Part shown: in pieces, positions 51,556 through 63,943 of the stretch
How positions within the stretch are numbered: position 1 is the first letter of the stretch
Layout of the letters: each line of letters begins with the position of its first letter
NCBI RefSeq assembly: GCF_963921235.1
Contig: NC_086106.1
Coordinates: 23,560,001 to 23,624,000, forward strand
Source of the DNA: Mobula hypostoma
Taxonomy: Eukaryota
Reading direction: 5' to 3'
DNA length: 64,000 nucleotides
Notes under the pieces: model-generated
Seen by the model: only the letters and a program-made list of their open reading frames with translations
Told to the model about the DNA's origin: nothing
Database searches by the model: none
Position numbers and translations under genes: made by a program

Positions 51556-51990
51556 ATGCGAACTGTTCGATTTTGGGCACTAATCACTATACCTGCCCTG
51601 CCGGGTATGTTTAGTTTGTAATGTATTTGCGCCTTCTCCGGGATGTTTTTTTTTCTCTTGGAAAATGCTCATGCTTTCTTGTTTTCTTCCAGGCGCGAGT
51701 GCTGAATATTTGGTCATCCAAGATCCGGCAGTATTCACTGTTCAGGAAGGTCAGACTGCGCTGCTGAACTGCAGCTACCCTTCAAAGTCTGCCGACACGC
51801 TGTTCTGGTATATGCAATATCCTGGACAATCTCAGAGAAATTTATTGAAGAGATACGGAACAGGGGCTGGTGGCGACCAATCTTCCTATTTCATAGACCG
51901 ATTTTCGGCTGAAATAGACAAAGGGAGTGCTTTCAGAATATTCGATGCTCGTACTTCTGACTTCGCGGTGTTTTCCTTTGCCATGACACC
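51556..51990 (+). pseudogene. TCR V gene 3 (open-frame pseudogene, opposite orientation)
   Basis: Leader MRTVRFWALITIPALP+G (51556-51604), GTATGT, 88-nt intron. The V exon from 51693 reads ASAEYLVIQDPAVFTVQEGQTALLNCSYPSKSADTLFWYMQYPGQ...DRFSAEIDKGSAFRIFDARTSDFAVFSFAMT. Cys104 is TTT (Phe) and FR3 is shortened. Confidence 0.9.
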
Positions 51991-52029
51991 TACACTACCG
52001 CTGAGCGAGAGAATGCCACTACCAAAACC
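51991..52029 (+). promoter_or_regulatory. Inactivated 23-RSS of V gene 3
   Basis: Heptamer TACACTA (invariant CAC lost), exact 23-nt spacer, nonamer ACCAAAACC (8/9 consensus). Confidence 0.8.
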
Positions 52030-52899
52030 CTTTGTAAAAGTTACAATTTGCAGTTGCCAGAGGGCACCCTGCAGATTACTCTGGTCCCGCGGCAGGTTTT
52101 AAAGGACGGTATGGAGCGAAACAATGACCACAGTGGAAATGCATTCTGTGAGTTTATGGTAAGCAGCGTCTTCAGCTGCTTAGCTGTTTGAGTGAAAGTC
52201 TTGGCCAATTATTGACTTGACGGAGATTCTTTTGACCTTAGTGATGATTTTATAGGAATACAAAATACTGCAGTTGTTGTTTGCATTTTTCTTCTAACTT
52301 TTACGCGCATGCCACAGTTCCGCTCCAAGCTCGTAATTGTCGAACTTCGGCTCCATGGTGGTAATTGTTGCTAAGGATTTAACGGTAATTAAAGACCTAA
52401 TTAACAAATCCTTGGGGTTACGAATGTGTAAACCACTCAATAACGACGTATCATTTAAAGATAATGCAGTGGTTTTGCACAACCACCTGAACAATGCGGC
52501 GTTCACGTGTCTTAATGACTTCACCGGACAATATTCGAACAAAGGCTTAAACTTGGAAGCCACTGGGTCAAAGCTGAAGGCAATTGCACAGCATCCTACG
52601 AAATCAATAGTGGACCAGCCCCCACAAATGGATTTCTGCTGGTTTCCTTGGCTGCGTAAGTCTTCGGACGATTAATTCCAGTCCCGCTAAACCGATAAGA
52701 TTGAGCCGATTCTCCTTCCCCAAACCCCGGTTTGCGTGGATCTCATATAATTTGCTACGCTGTCACAACTCAGTGACAAGAAACAACAGACAGCACACGG
52801 AATAGTGTTAAATGAATGATATTTATGAATCTTAACTCAAGTGTTATAAAGAAAAAAGAGAAAAAAATACAAAAGCGGCCTACTGTAATTAAAGAGATA

Positions 52900-53480
52900 C
52901 TTTCAGTACGCTGGATGTACGCTGCAGGTCGGGCAGCATCAGTTAGAAACGATGATTCGACGTTTCGGGCAGGAACCCTTCGTCAGGACTGAAGAATGAA
53001 AGATGGAGAAGGAGTTGAAGAATGCTTGTAGCTTCAGTTGAAAGACCAGTAATTTGAAAGTCAAAGCGGTGGGGGAGCGGAAGCATTGACGTCATAGTCC
53101 TGGAAACAGTGGGTATTATAAGAAGGAGTGGAGTCATGAGGGAGCTGGAGGAGGGGCTAAAGTGAAATTGGGATAGAGGAAGGGGGGGGGGAGGAGTACC
53201 GGAAGTTGGAGAATTCTACGTTCATACCAAGCGGCTGGAGACTACCTAAACAGTGTATGAGGTGCTGCTTCTCCAATTTGAGTTTAGCTTCATCATAGCA
53301 GTAGAGGAGGCCATGTATGGACATATCTGAATGGGAATAGGAAGCACAGTTCAGATGGGTGGCTACCGGGAGATCCTGTCTGTTGCAGCAGACGGAGTGG
53401 AGGTGTTCGACGAAGCGCTCCCCTAATCTGCGTCGGGTTTCAGCGATGTAGAGGAGGCCGCACCCGGAGCACCGCTGCAG
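52900..53480 (-). mobile_element. Penelope-like element 3' fragment (GIY-YIG endonuclease)
   Basis: CSGCGLLYIAETRRRLGERFVEH...LPVATHL...LGSLQPLGMNVEFSNFR plus the downstream tail. Confidence 0.9.
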
Positions 53481-54223
53481 ATTATTTTGTGTTTGTAATT
53501 TAAGTGTCAAATGTGCACCAGATGGAGCATAGTTCACCGATCCTCAGTCGGTTTCGGCGCCTGCCATCGAATCACGATCTCACCAACGGGTCGTATCTTC
53601 CGACCGGTTCTGTCCAGCGTCTTCTATCTTCATCTTCCATCCAGCTCACTTTCGAAGGCACCCATTATCTCTAACCAGGAAGGTGAGAAACTGAGAATGA
53701 TAGGAAGATCAGCAACGCCATTTGTCCATGTTTGTCGTAGGAGTATTCATCGACTGCCATCGATGAGCTTATGTATGCTGGAAATATTATCATCACCAAG
53801 GAATGGCGAAACGATGAAGTATGGTGCATCTAAGGTCAATATAATACCTGCTGTGTCCGTTAATATTCAGTCAGCGTTCTGCCTAGACATCCAATCTGAA
53901 GCGGAGCAAAACTTGCACTACATCACCGAGTTTAGCGCTGAAGTTGCTGCATGAGTCTATGCAATAATGCATTCATTTTGGGGACTGAATTCACAATTTC
54001 AGAAACATTATCACGTGCTTTATTCGTGCATTGTACTGAGTTAATTTGAAGGCAACGTTGGATAGTCTGATTATTTTCTTGTCACAACCCTTCGAAACGT
54101 TTCCCTTCAACGAGAAGTATTGTTGCCCAATAGATGCACCAAGATGAAATGATGAATGCGATATATCTCAGGCCCAGATGGAAAAGGGTGTTCCGTTCCT
54201 TTAGGAATAAAATTTTTATATTT

Positions 54224-54352
54224 NNNNNNNNNNNNNNNNNNNNNNNNNNNNNNNNNNNNNNNNNNNNNNNNNNNNNNNNNNNNNNNNNNNNNNNNNNNNN
54301 NNNNNNNNNNNNNNNNNNNNNNNNNNNNNNNNNNNNNNNNNNNNNNNNNNNN
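54224..54352. other. Assembly gap (N run)
   Basis: Run of N. Confidence 1.
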
Positions 54353-55049
54353 TCGATTCCCTGACGAGTCTGAGCCGTGTGCAACAGACAGATAACCGGA
54401 CTGCGTACTTTTTTTAGATACGGCCGTAGACAATCAGTAAGAAAGCATTCCGAAATTTATTATTATTTCATTTTGCTTCTGTTCTTTGTAAAAAAAAATA
54501 CGAGCATTTGGTCTTGCTACGTTTATGTTGGCCGGAAACGTTAGAGCAGAACACCGCAAGAGCCGATGTTCTGCACAAAGTATTGCTCCATTTTTTTGTT
54601 TTATTTGTTGTCAAGTACCAAATGAAAGTAACAACTTCTCTTGCAGAAGTTAAGTGCCATTCAATTCCACGCACATTTATGTACGTATCTAAGTGCGCAT
54701 CGAACGGCTGTTTCTTATTTTAGCCCACCACCGCGATATGGAACACATGGAAGTTTCATTCCTTGAAAATCATAGGACTTAAATTGTGCTTGGTTCCTGT
54801 AATTTGAGGCTTCGGCTAAATAGATTGAACTATCTTTTTCAAACGTTATCCAATCTCACCCTGTCTGCCTACTTGAAAGCAAAAGGGTGCTGCCACCGGA
54901 ATTTGGAAGCTGCAATATAAAAAAAACCATATAAACATGGAAAACTTACATCACAATTCGAGCCCATCGGTGCACAAAGCTGTGCCGAGAATGTCCCTAC
55001 CTTAGAACTACGTAGGATTTACACATAGCCCTCTATTTTACTAAGCTCC

Positions 55050-56060
55050 AGGTCACAATCCAGGTGTCTCCTAAAATATCCTATCGTTTCCGCCATCAGC
55101 ATCGCCGTCGGTAGTCCATTCCACGAAGTCCCCACTCTCTGCGTTAAAAGTTAACCCTGACATCTCCTCTGTACCTACTTCCAAGCACAAAAAGCTATGC
55201 CCTCTCGTGCTAACCATTGCATCCCCGGGGAAAAGCCTCTGAATATCCATACGATCAATGCCTTTCATTATTTTGTATAACTCTATCAGATGACATTTCA
55301 TGCTCCGTCGCTCGAAGGAAAACATGCCGATTTCACTCAACCTATTCTCAAAAGGGATGCTACCCTATCCAGGAAACTTCCTTGTAAATCTCCTCTGCAT
55401 GCTTTCTATGGTTTCCAGGACCTTCCTGTAGTGAAGCCACCAGAATATTGCACAGTTCTCCAAGTGGGATCTGGCCAGGATCCTATATAGATGCAACATC
55501 AGCTCTCACCTCTGAAACTCAATCCCACGGTTAATGAAGGACAATGAACCGTCTGTCTTTTTTTAACCACAGAGTCAATCTACGTAGCATCTTTGAGTAT
55601 CCAATGGACTCGCACCCCAAAACGCTTCTGATCCTCTACACTGGCAAGAGTCTTGCCGATAATTCTGTACTCTGAAATCATATTAGACCTACCAAAATGA
55701 ACCACCTCGCACTTACGTGGGTCGAACTCCATCTGCCACTTTTCAGTCCATTATAATGTCTGACAGCGTCCCACACTATCCAGAACACACCCAACCTTTG
55801 TGTCATAAGCAAATTTACTAACCCATCCTTCCACTTCCTCATCCAGGCCATTTATAAAAATCGAAAAGAGTAGTGGTCCCAGAACAGATCATTGAGGCAC
55901 ATTACTGGTAGCCATGCAGAGTATGACCAGTCTGCTACCACACTTTGCCTTCTGTGGGCAAGCCTGCTCTGGATCCACAAATCCATATCCCCTCGGATCC
56001 CATGCCTTCTTATTTACTCAATAAGCTTTACATTGGGTATCGTATCAAGTACCTAAGATA
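55050..56060 (-). mobile_element. CR1-type LINE 3' fragment
   Basis: FSFERR...LIELYKIMKGIDRMD..RLFP; upstream cctcaatgatctgttctgggacc (PQGSVLGP) and gcttatgacac (ADDT). Confidence 0.85.
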
Positions 56061-57444
56061 TGCATCCATTATATTTGCAGATAAAATGTCAGTCATTTTA
56101 TTTAGAAACACCGACACAGATGTGAACAGCGATCAGCCCACAGTTTTAACATTAAAAAAGTATAGAGCAGCAGAAAATTATCCGCGATTGCGAAAAAGAA
56201 AAACAGGTTTTTTTTCCTGCTTTGCAGCTGGATCAGTCGACTTCCTTTAATTGATCTGGGCCCTTCATCTCATGCAGCCTCTGAGAATCCATATGATTTT
56301 CAAAATGTAAAACAGTAAAAATCACTGCGCTCACCGATATAAAATTCAGTGCCGCATTCATAAAATCACAAAGGGCATAAGGTAAAAAGAAAAAAAAAAT
56401 TTCATGTTGCAGTGCCGCAAAATCGAATGAATAAAGTCATGAAATGAAATTCAGAACCAAAAGTCACCGTACTAAAGCAAACACGAGGAATTCGGCAGAT
56501 GCCGGAAATTCAAGCAACGCACATATCTCATATCGCAGTTTTCCATATCTCTGGAGTCCGTATTCGGTGCATTAGTTTTACTGACGATCGGTGTTATTTT
56601 GCTGTGTAGAAGCCCTTCATACAGACGATGCAACTCGCTACTAGTCGCCACCCGAGATTCTGCCAACAACTCTGCGGTCAACATCGAAATTGTTCAGAAC
56701 ATCAAAACAGCTATGCGTGTAGAATGTTGGGCTCAGCACACAGCTTTGAGCACAGCTATTTGTCAATGAATTGATACATATTTGATCATATACTTAATAT
56801 GTAATTGCTTATATTTGTCAATAAGCAATTGAGTCAATTAAAACATCACTTCTTTTGCAACTACTATGTTCACAGATGTAAAGACGACAGTTTATAAGGA
56901 GGTTCCTTGATTTTCTGATAACCAACTTTACGAGAAAAACAAGAGTTGTGCAAATTTCCCGAAGGGGCAGCACTGCACATGCATATCCATTACAGCAAAA
57001 CCAGTCGAAATTGACTCAGAAGCTAATTTAAAGTAACTTCTGAAATGGTGGACGAATTGTATCAAACGGCGAACTCTTGTGAAACGTAATTCAAGTCGGT
57101 TGATTTCCAAAGATATTTGTTTATCTTATGCGCTAAATGAATTCTATTCTTTGGACGCCAGGTCAATCGAAATCAGCATCCAGCAATATCGGTATTCTCG
57201 AAAACATATGCAAACGAAGAACAAAACAGAATTAGAATTGTTCAGAACAGCATTAGGATAAATATTTAGACCCAGTGATCGGTCAGAAGATGGATACAAA
57301 CAACCAATCATCCGAATGACTGAGATAATGCCGCATATGTTTCATGAATTTAAAAATTATATCGACATCTTAAGCACTTCTTAGAACATGTATCCTCACT
57401 AAAGGTACTGGCTTCGAAATTTAAGCCATCAAAAAAGGTAGTTA

Positions 57445-60240
57445 TAGAGTTTCATAGAATAGTACAGCACAGTACAGGCCGTTCGGACCACAACGCCGTG
57501 CCGACCCTCAAACTCTGCCTCCCATATAAACCCCCAACTAAAATTCCTCAATTTACCTGTCTCGTAGTCTCTTAAACTTTACTAGTGTATCTACCTCCAC
57601 CATTGACTCAGGCAGTGCATTCCGCACACAAGCCACTTTCTGAGTAAAAAACCTTCCTCTCATATCCCCCTTGAACTTCCCATTCCTTACCTTAAAGACA
57701 TGTTCTCTTGTATTGAGCAGTGTTGCCCTAGGTAAAAGGCGCTGGCTATACACTCTATCTATTCCTCTGAATATCTTGTACACCTCTATCATGTCTGCTC
57801 ACATCGTCGTTCTCTCCAAAGAGTAAAGCCCTAGTTCCCTTAATTTCTGATCATAATCCATACTCTCTGAACCAGGCAACATCCTGGTAAATCTCCTTTG
57901 TACTCTTTCCAATGATTCCACATCTTTCCTAGAGTAAGGCGACCAGAACTGAACACAGTACTTCAAGTGTGGCCTAACCCCAATTTTATAGAGCTACATC
58001 ATTACACCACGATTCTTAAACTCTGTCCCTCGACTTATGAAAGCTAGTACCCCATAACCTTTATTAACTACCCTATCTAACTGTGAGGCAACCTTCAGGG
58101 GTCTATGGACATGTACCTCCACATCCCTCTGCTCCTCCACACTATCAAGTAGCCTGCTATTTACTTTGTACTCTGCCTTGAAGTGTGTCCTTCAGAAGTG
58201 TACACACTTCACACTTCTCCGGGTTAAAATACAGATGCCATTTTTCAGCCCACTTTTGCATCCTGTCAATGTCTCTCTGCAATCGTCGAGAAACCTCTAT
58301 ACTATCTGCAACACCTCAAACCTTTGTGTCGTCTGCAAACATGTCTACCTTCTCGTCTACCCCCACATTCAGCTCGTTGATACAAATCACGAAATGTGGA
58401 GATCAAAGAACATATCCGTGTGGGCTATTACGAGTCACAACCCTCCAATCCGATTGTACTCCCTCCACCACGACACTCTGTCTTCTGCAGGTAAGCCAAT
58501 TCTGAATGCACCTGGACAAACTTCCCTGGATTCCATGTCTCCTGACACACTGAATAAGCCTACTATGTGGAACCTTTGTCAAATGCCTCATTAAAATCCA
58601 TGTAGATCACATCCACTGCACTACACACATCTATGTAGCTGATCAACTCCTCAAACAACTCTATAAGGTTTGTCAGACACGATCTGCCGTTCACAAAGCC
58701 ATGCTGACTGTCCCTGATCAGAGCATGATTCTCTAAATGCCCATAGATACTATCCCTAATAATCTTTTCCAACAGCTTTCCCAGCAAAGGCGTAAGGCTT
58801 ACTGATTTATAAATACCCGGACTATCCTTACTACCTATTTTGAACAAAGGGACAACATCCGCCTCCCTCCAATCCTCCAGTACCATTCCTGTGAACAACG
58901 AGGAGATAAAGATACTAGCCGGAGGCTCAGCAATTTCTTGCCTCGCCACGTGGAGCAGCATGGGGAGTATTCCCTCAGGCCCCGGGGACTTATTCGTCCA
59001 AATGTATTTTAACAACTACAACACCTCCTCTCTCCTAATATTAACAAACTCCAGAACATCAACACCACTCATATTGTCCTCACTGTCATCAAATTCCCTC
59101 TCATTGTTCAATACCTACTGAAGACAGGTTTCCATTGAGGACCTCGCTCACTTCCGCAGCCTGCAGGCACATCTTCCCACCATTATCTCTTATCGGTCCT
59201 ACCTTCTCTCCCGTTATCCGTTTGTTCTTCACATAACTGAAGAATGTCTTGAGGTTTTCCTTTACTCTACTCGCCAAGGCCTTCTCATGCCCACTTCTTG
59301 CTCTTATCAGTCCCTTCTTAAGCTCCTTTCTTCCTACCCTATATTACTCAATAGTCCCATCTGATCCTTGATTCCTGAACCTCATGTATGCTTCCTTCTT
59401 CCGCCTGACTGGATTTTCCACTTCAATTTTGACCCATGTTTCCTTCACCCTTCCATTCATTGTCTTCCTCACCAGGACGAATTTATCCCTAACATCCAGC
59501 AAGAGATCCATAAGCATCGACCACATGTCCATGGTGCATTTCCCTGCAAAAACATCATCCCAATTCACACCCGCAAGTTCTAGCCTTATAACCTCATAAT
59601 TTTCACTTCCCCAATTAACAATTTTCCTGTTCTTTCTGATTCTATCCTTTTCCTTGATAATGTTAAAGGCCAGGGAGCGGTGGTCACTGTCCCCCAGATG
59701 CAAACCGATTGAGAGATCTGTGTCATGACCCGGTTCGTTGCCTTATACTAGATTTGGTATGGCATTCCCCCTAGTCGGCCTGTCAACATACTGTGACAGG
59801 AATCCGTACTGAAAACAGTTAACAAACTCTGCCGCATCCAAACTCTTGGAACAAATCAGGTGGCAGTCAATATAAGGGAAGTTAAAGTTACCCATGATAG
59901 CAACCTTGTTATTTTTGCACCTTTCTAAAATCTGCCTCCCAATCGGCTCCCCGGTATCTCTGCTGCCACGAGGAGGACTATAGCATACCCCTAATAGAGT
60001 GTTTTCTCATCTCCTGTTCCTGAATTCCACACATACAGACTCAAAAAAAAAAATCCTGCTACATTACCCACTCTTTCTGTAGCTGTAATAGTATCCATGA
60101 CCAGTAATGCCAACCCTCCTCCCCTTTTCCATCCTCTCTACCCTGTTAAACACTGAAATCCAGGAATATTGAGAATCCATTCCTGCCCCGGTGCCAGTTA
60201 AGTGTCTGTAATGGCCACTGCATCATAATTCCATCTATAC
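57445..60240 (-). mobile_element. CR1-clade LINE, ORF2 remnant (same family as 2659-6660, older)
   Basis: Colinear similarity to 2660-5450 (KSPGP, GRSCLTNLIE, KVPH), with the same tail atagaatagtacagcacagtacaggcc and more stops. Confidence 0.93.
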
Positions 60241-60451
60241 ATATTCGGGATAACGTTCATTGCAGACAAGCAAAGGCTATGATAATCAAGATTCCGAAAG
60301 CTAGAACTTCATTGGTCGGAAATTGATAACGGAAAACTGCATAAAACAATAATAATAGCGTATTATGCGTTATTGTCCGCCATGAACGAAAGATAATTGT
60401 CTAAAGGACATGGAGCCGAATAAATTTAAAAGCATACATTGTCCGCAGTAT

Positions 60452-60900
60452 CAGTGACCACAGTTGACTTTGTCTTTTTCTGTGTTTCCCCTTGCCGTCA
60501 GTCTGTGGTTTTGTATTGCCATGTGCTCCTGTTTGTTTTCATGCCCCATGTGCTCCTGTCTCCGCTCCTGCTCTAGCCCTGCCCCTGTAATGCTGAGTAA
60601 TCTACCTCTTAGTTGTTTCTCATTAATACCTGTTTTGCAGCCACGGTGTCTCATTGTGCTCCACCTATCATCTGCCACTCTGAATTTTGCTCAGTGTATT
60701 TCAATCCTGTGTTTTCACCAGATTGTTGCCAGATTGTGCCAGTGAGTTTCCCTGAGCCATTCCAGCATTTGTATCTGAACTCTGTCCGTCTGAATATCGA
60801 CTGTGCTTGTTCCCGATGATGGTTTTGGATTTCGCTGGTATTTTTGATCTATGCCTGAATTTTGATGCGAGCTTTTTTGTTTCCCTGGATTTGCTACTCA
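60452..60900. mobile_element. LTR-like repeat
   Basis: Discrete pyrimidine-rich block resembling 1-1220 in composition; no ORF. Confidence 0.35.
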
Positions 60901-62589
60901 GTGAATATCAAAGTGTGCAGAGTACATGGTCTGCGATAGAGTTCCTGCTTCATCAGCCTGGCACAGAGTTAAAGATGCCAAGACAGATTAGTGATGATTC
61001 GTGAAATACGGAATCATATACTGACAGTGAAAATAAATAATTGGTAAATCATTTAATATCAGAAATACTAGACTTTAGTATAATGACAAAACTGTTATTG
61101 TGTTAAGTAGCGTGGTTCTCTCAGTCCATACAATTGAACAAATCTGACATTACAAGTAATACCAATCTTCTGATTTAATGCTAGTAACACATTTTTATTA
61201 TGTGTTCACTTGGAATATCGGGTAGAACCGTTTGTGCTCGCAATAATAACACACGAGAAATATTGTTGTAAAATGTTGTAATAATTTTAGTACAGCGCAC
61301 ACGATGTAACTTATGTTGTATAACTAATATTTATCTATATTTATCAGAAGTCTCACAATGAACAAATAGGTACCAATGTTAGAGCGCTGCATTAAAGCTA
61401 AAAACAAACAACAACTAATAATTAAACTGAACACATAGTCACAGAGAGAGGATACCGTTAAATTATGATCAATGGTCTTTATTTTAACCGAATCGTAACA
61501 TTAAAATAAATACATAAAACTACAGTAAGGGCATAGAAAATGGTAGGTCTGAGCTGTGTGCTTTTCCTGGTGTTTGCATTTTACCAATAAGTATTTGCGA
61601 GCTGCAGCTTGTGTAATAAGGAACGCCACAGGGGGGAAAAAAAGAACATTGTATTTAATTGCATCCGGTAGATTGGCATTTAGTTTTCAACATCGTTGTT
61701 CATTTATATGTTCGTGATCAGAAACAGGTTCCTCAAAATAAATATGTTTTGCGCCAACAGTACAGTGTAATGTACTACATGCCATATTTTACAATAAGAG
61801 CTATAAACAGAAAATAAATAAGAAGTGCAAGACGAGAACAGACAGTGAAGTGATAGTCATGGATTAATCTTCGAAATCAAATGGCAAAGCGGAAGAAGTT
61901 GTTCTTAAAAAAAAACACAGCGTGGTTCCTCAATATATTGATGTGATGGTATCGTGTTTGCTATTGGCGACTTTCTGAGCTCAAACCAAAAATTTAAGCC
62001 CTAGGTGACAAAAAACAGTGTGCGAACCCTCAGGAAAGGACGGTTATGTTGCAGCTAGCTAGCTACACTTCAAATGCTAGTTCACTGTTCTGTTTACCCT
62101 CCAGGACGAATTCGGCATATTCTGTGTGGTGCATCTCTTACCAAGGTAGAGATATTTTCAGGTCATGATGCAGTTTAAACACAGTTCCTTTAATTATGAC
62201 AATGTAAATTTAAATGCCATTATATTGTAAAACACATTTATAACTGTCACCGAATCCTGATTTATCCCTTTAGACTATACCTTCAAAAGGAGAGAGAGGG
62301 AGAGAGCTGTACAACGCAATCACCTTGTTATAAAGAGAAAAAGGCGAAGAATGCTCATATTTTATTTAGAAATGGTGTTATAGATTCTCTGCAGCGTGTT
62401 TACACGTTTTCAAGGACACTGCCAGCTTCTGAGTTCCTACACAGAGAGAAGGGAGGAGCTAGTTGATGGACGGCTGGTGTTCAGCATGGTGAGGTAAAAA
62501 GTAGGTCAGCTAGTAGACACACAGATACATGATATTGGACACTGGAGGAGATTTGTTCTGCCCACAGCATGGTCGTTTTTTGGAGGATA

Positions 62590-63015
62590 TATCTGGATAA
62601 TCGATCAGTGGCTCTCACAGTGGGGAAAAGGTGTGACGGGCGGGTAGTTATCCGTGTTTTCAACCCTCGCCTGGGTTGATAACATCACCAGAGAAAAACG
62701 GTCCGCTTGTTGTGGTCACATTCGGTAACTGCTAAAGGACAGCGGGAAGATTGACGGCATCAGCTCACCTGAAGAACTAGACAGCCCTCTCCATCACTCC
62801 ATGCAACGAACTGAACTGAACTTTACCCGTCACGTAAGACTGTATCTATTTACCCCTAGGCTTGAGGAAGCTTGTGTTTTTCTTTTTTTTTGTTTCTATT
62901 TCCACACTTATATCTATCTAATTTTGCTTACCTGTTTGATTTTTTCTGATTTTATATTACTGTCTTGCCTAGTTACTAATAAACGTGTATTAGTTAATAG
63001 CAATACCAGACTCCA
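62590..63015 (+). mobile_element. Solo LTR-like repeat
   Basis: Homologous to 49300-49740 and 27770-28005; aataaa at about 62978. Confidence 0.55.
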
Positions 63016-63315
63016 AGGGGATTTCCATTTCTGCTGGTACGTTATCCCGTCACGGGGTACATGGCAAAACTCACACTGAAATTTATCTGATGAAATGTTT
63101 CCAACTACAAAATATTTCGAAATCACAAAGAATTTCCAAAGTGCATTTGGGCTTCATGGGACTATTCCCTCTGATAAGTTGATGCTAACTCGGATCATAG
63201 CATAGAGATCCTGAGACGGGGATTTGTTTGTGGCAGATGCTTATCAGGGGCATCAGGTGGGCACACCCGTTTAAGTTGTATCATCCTGTTAGCCTACTGC
63301 AACCAGAGATCTCAG

Positions 63316-63640
63316 CACTGTGACCCGGCTTCCCACGTCTACCCTTCGTTCATTCACCCAGGTGCAATTCCTGAAACCATAAACCTGGAGTTGTAAATAA
63401 ATGGGACGCCGGTTACCGAAGTTGAAGGCAGTGGTATGTCTCCTATCGACCCTATCTTTCTGAAATGGTTTGTGTTGGCCCTTTACAATCCGGACAAATC
63501 TGATAGCTGTCATAAAAGTATACCGTTTTCTTTTGCCTCTAGCTGATACCACACGTATGTTTTTTTTTCTCTCTCTCTACTACCTTTGCTGGAAAATTCG
63601 CTGCATCGCCTAAAGGCTTTTAGTTCAGGAATTCTAGATA
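63316..63640 (-). pseudogene. V pseudogene with an intact RSS heptamer (psi-M)
   Basis: One frame reads RCSEFSSKGS(RERE)KKTYVWYQ. FR3-like FQELHLGE (compare ISNLQVGD) is followed 30 nt later by a perfect CACAGTG (63322-63316; 29 nt in the intact V). The nonamer is degenerate and the 5' end is lost next to the SINE. Confidence 0.6.
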
Positions 63641-63731
63641 CCCAAAATTCGGGCTATGCAGGCGTAAACTCTGAGTTCACAATTCTCCCCATTTTTGATT
63701 GATCAACTACTTCATGATCTACGTATATTAT

Positions 63732-63943
63732 AAGCAACACACATCAAAGTTGCTGGTGAACGCAGCTGGCCAGGCAGCATCTATAGGAAGAGGCGCAGTC
63801 GACGTTTCAGGCCGAGACCCTTCGTCAGGATAGCTAAATAAAAGTCTTGACGAAGGGTCTCGGCCTGAAACGTCGACTGCGCCTCTTCCTATAGATGCTG
63901 CCTGGCCTGCTGCGTTCACCAGCAACTTTCATGTGTGTTGCTT
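63732..63943. repeat. Long inverted repeat (96-bp arms, 20-bp loop) of Penelope/SINE-tail sequence
   Basis: Arm 63732-63827 is the reverse complement of 63848-63943, with 2 mismatches. Confidence 0.95.

Noticed and set aside
52110-52675. 112-aa ORF or V relic downstream of V gene 3
   Set aside because: The C..W and DSA-like pieces lie in different frames with an ambiguous acceptor, and no family is recognisable.
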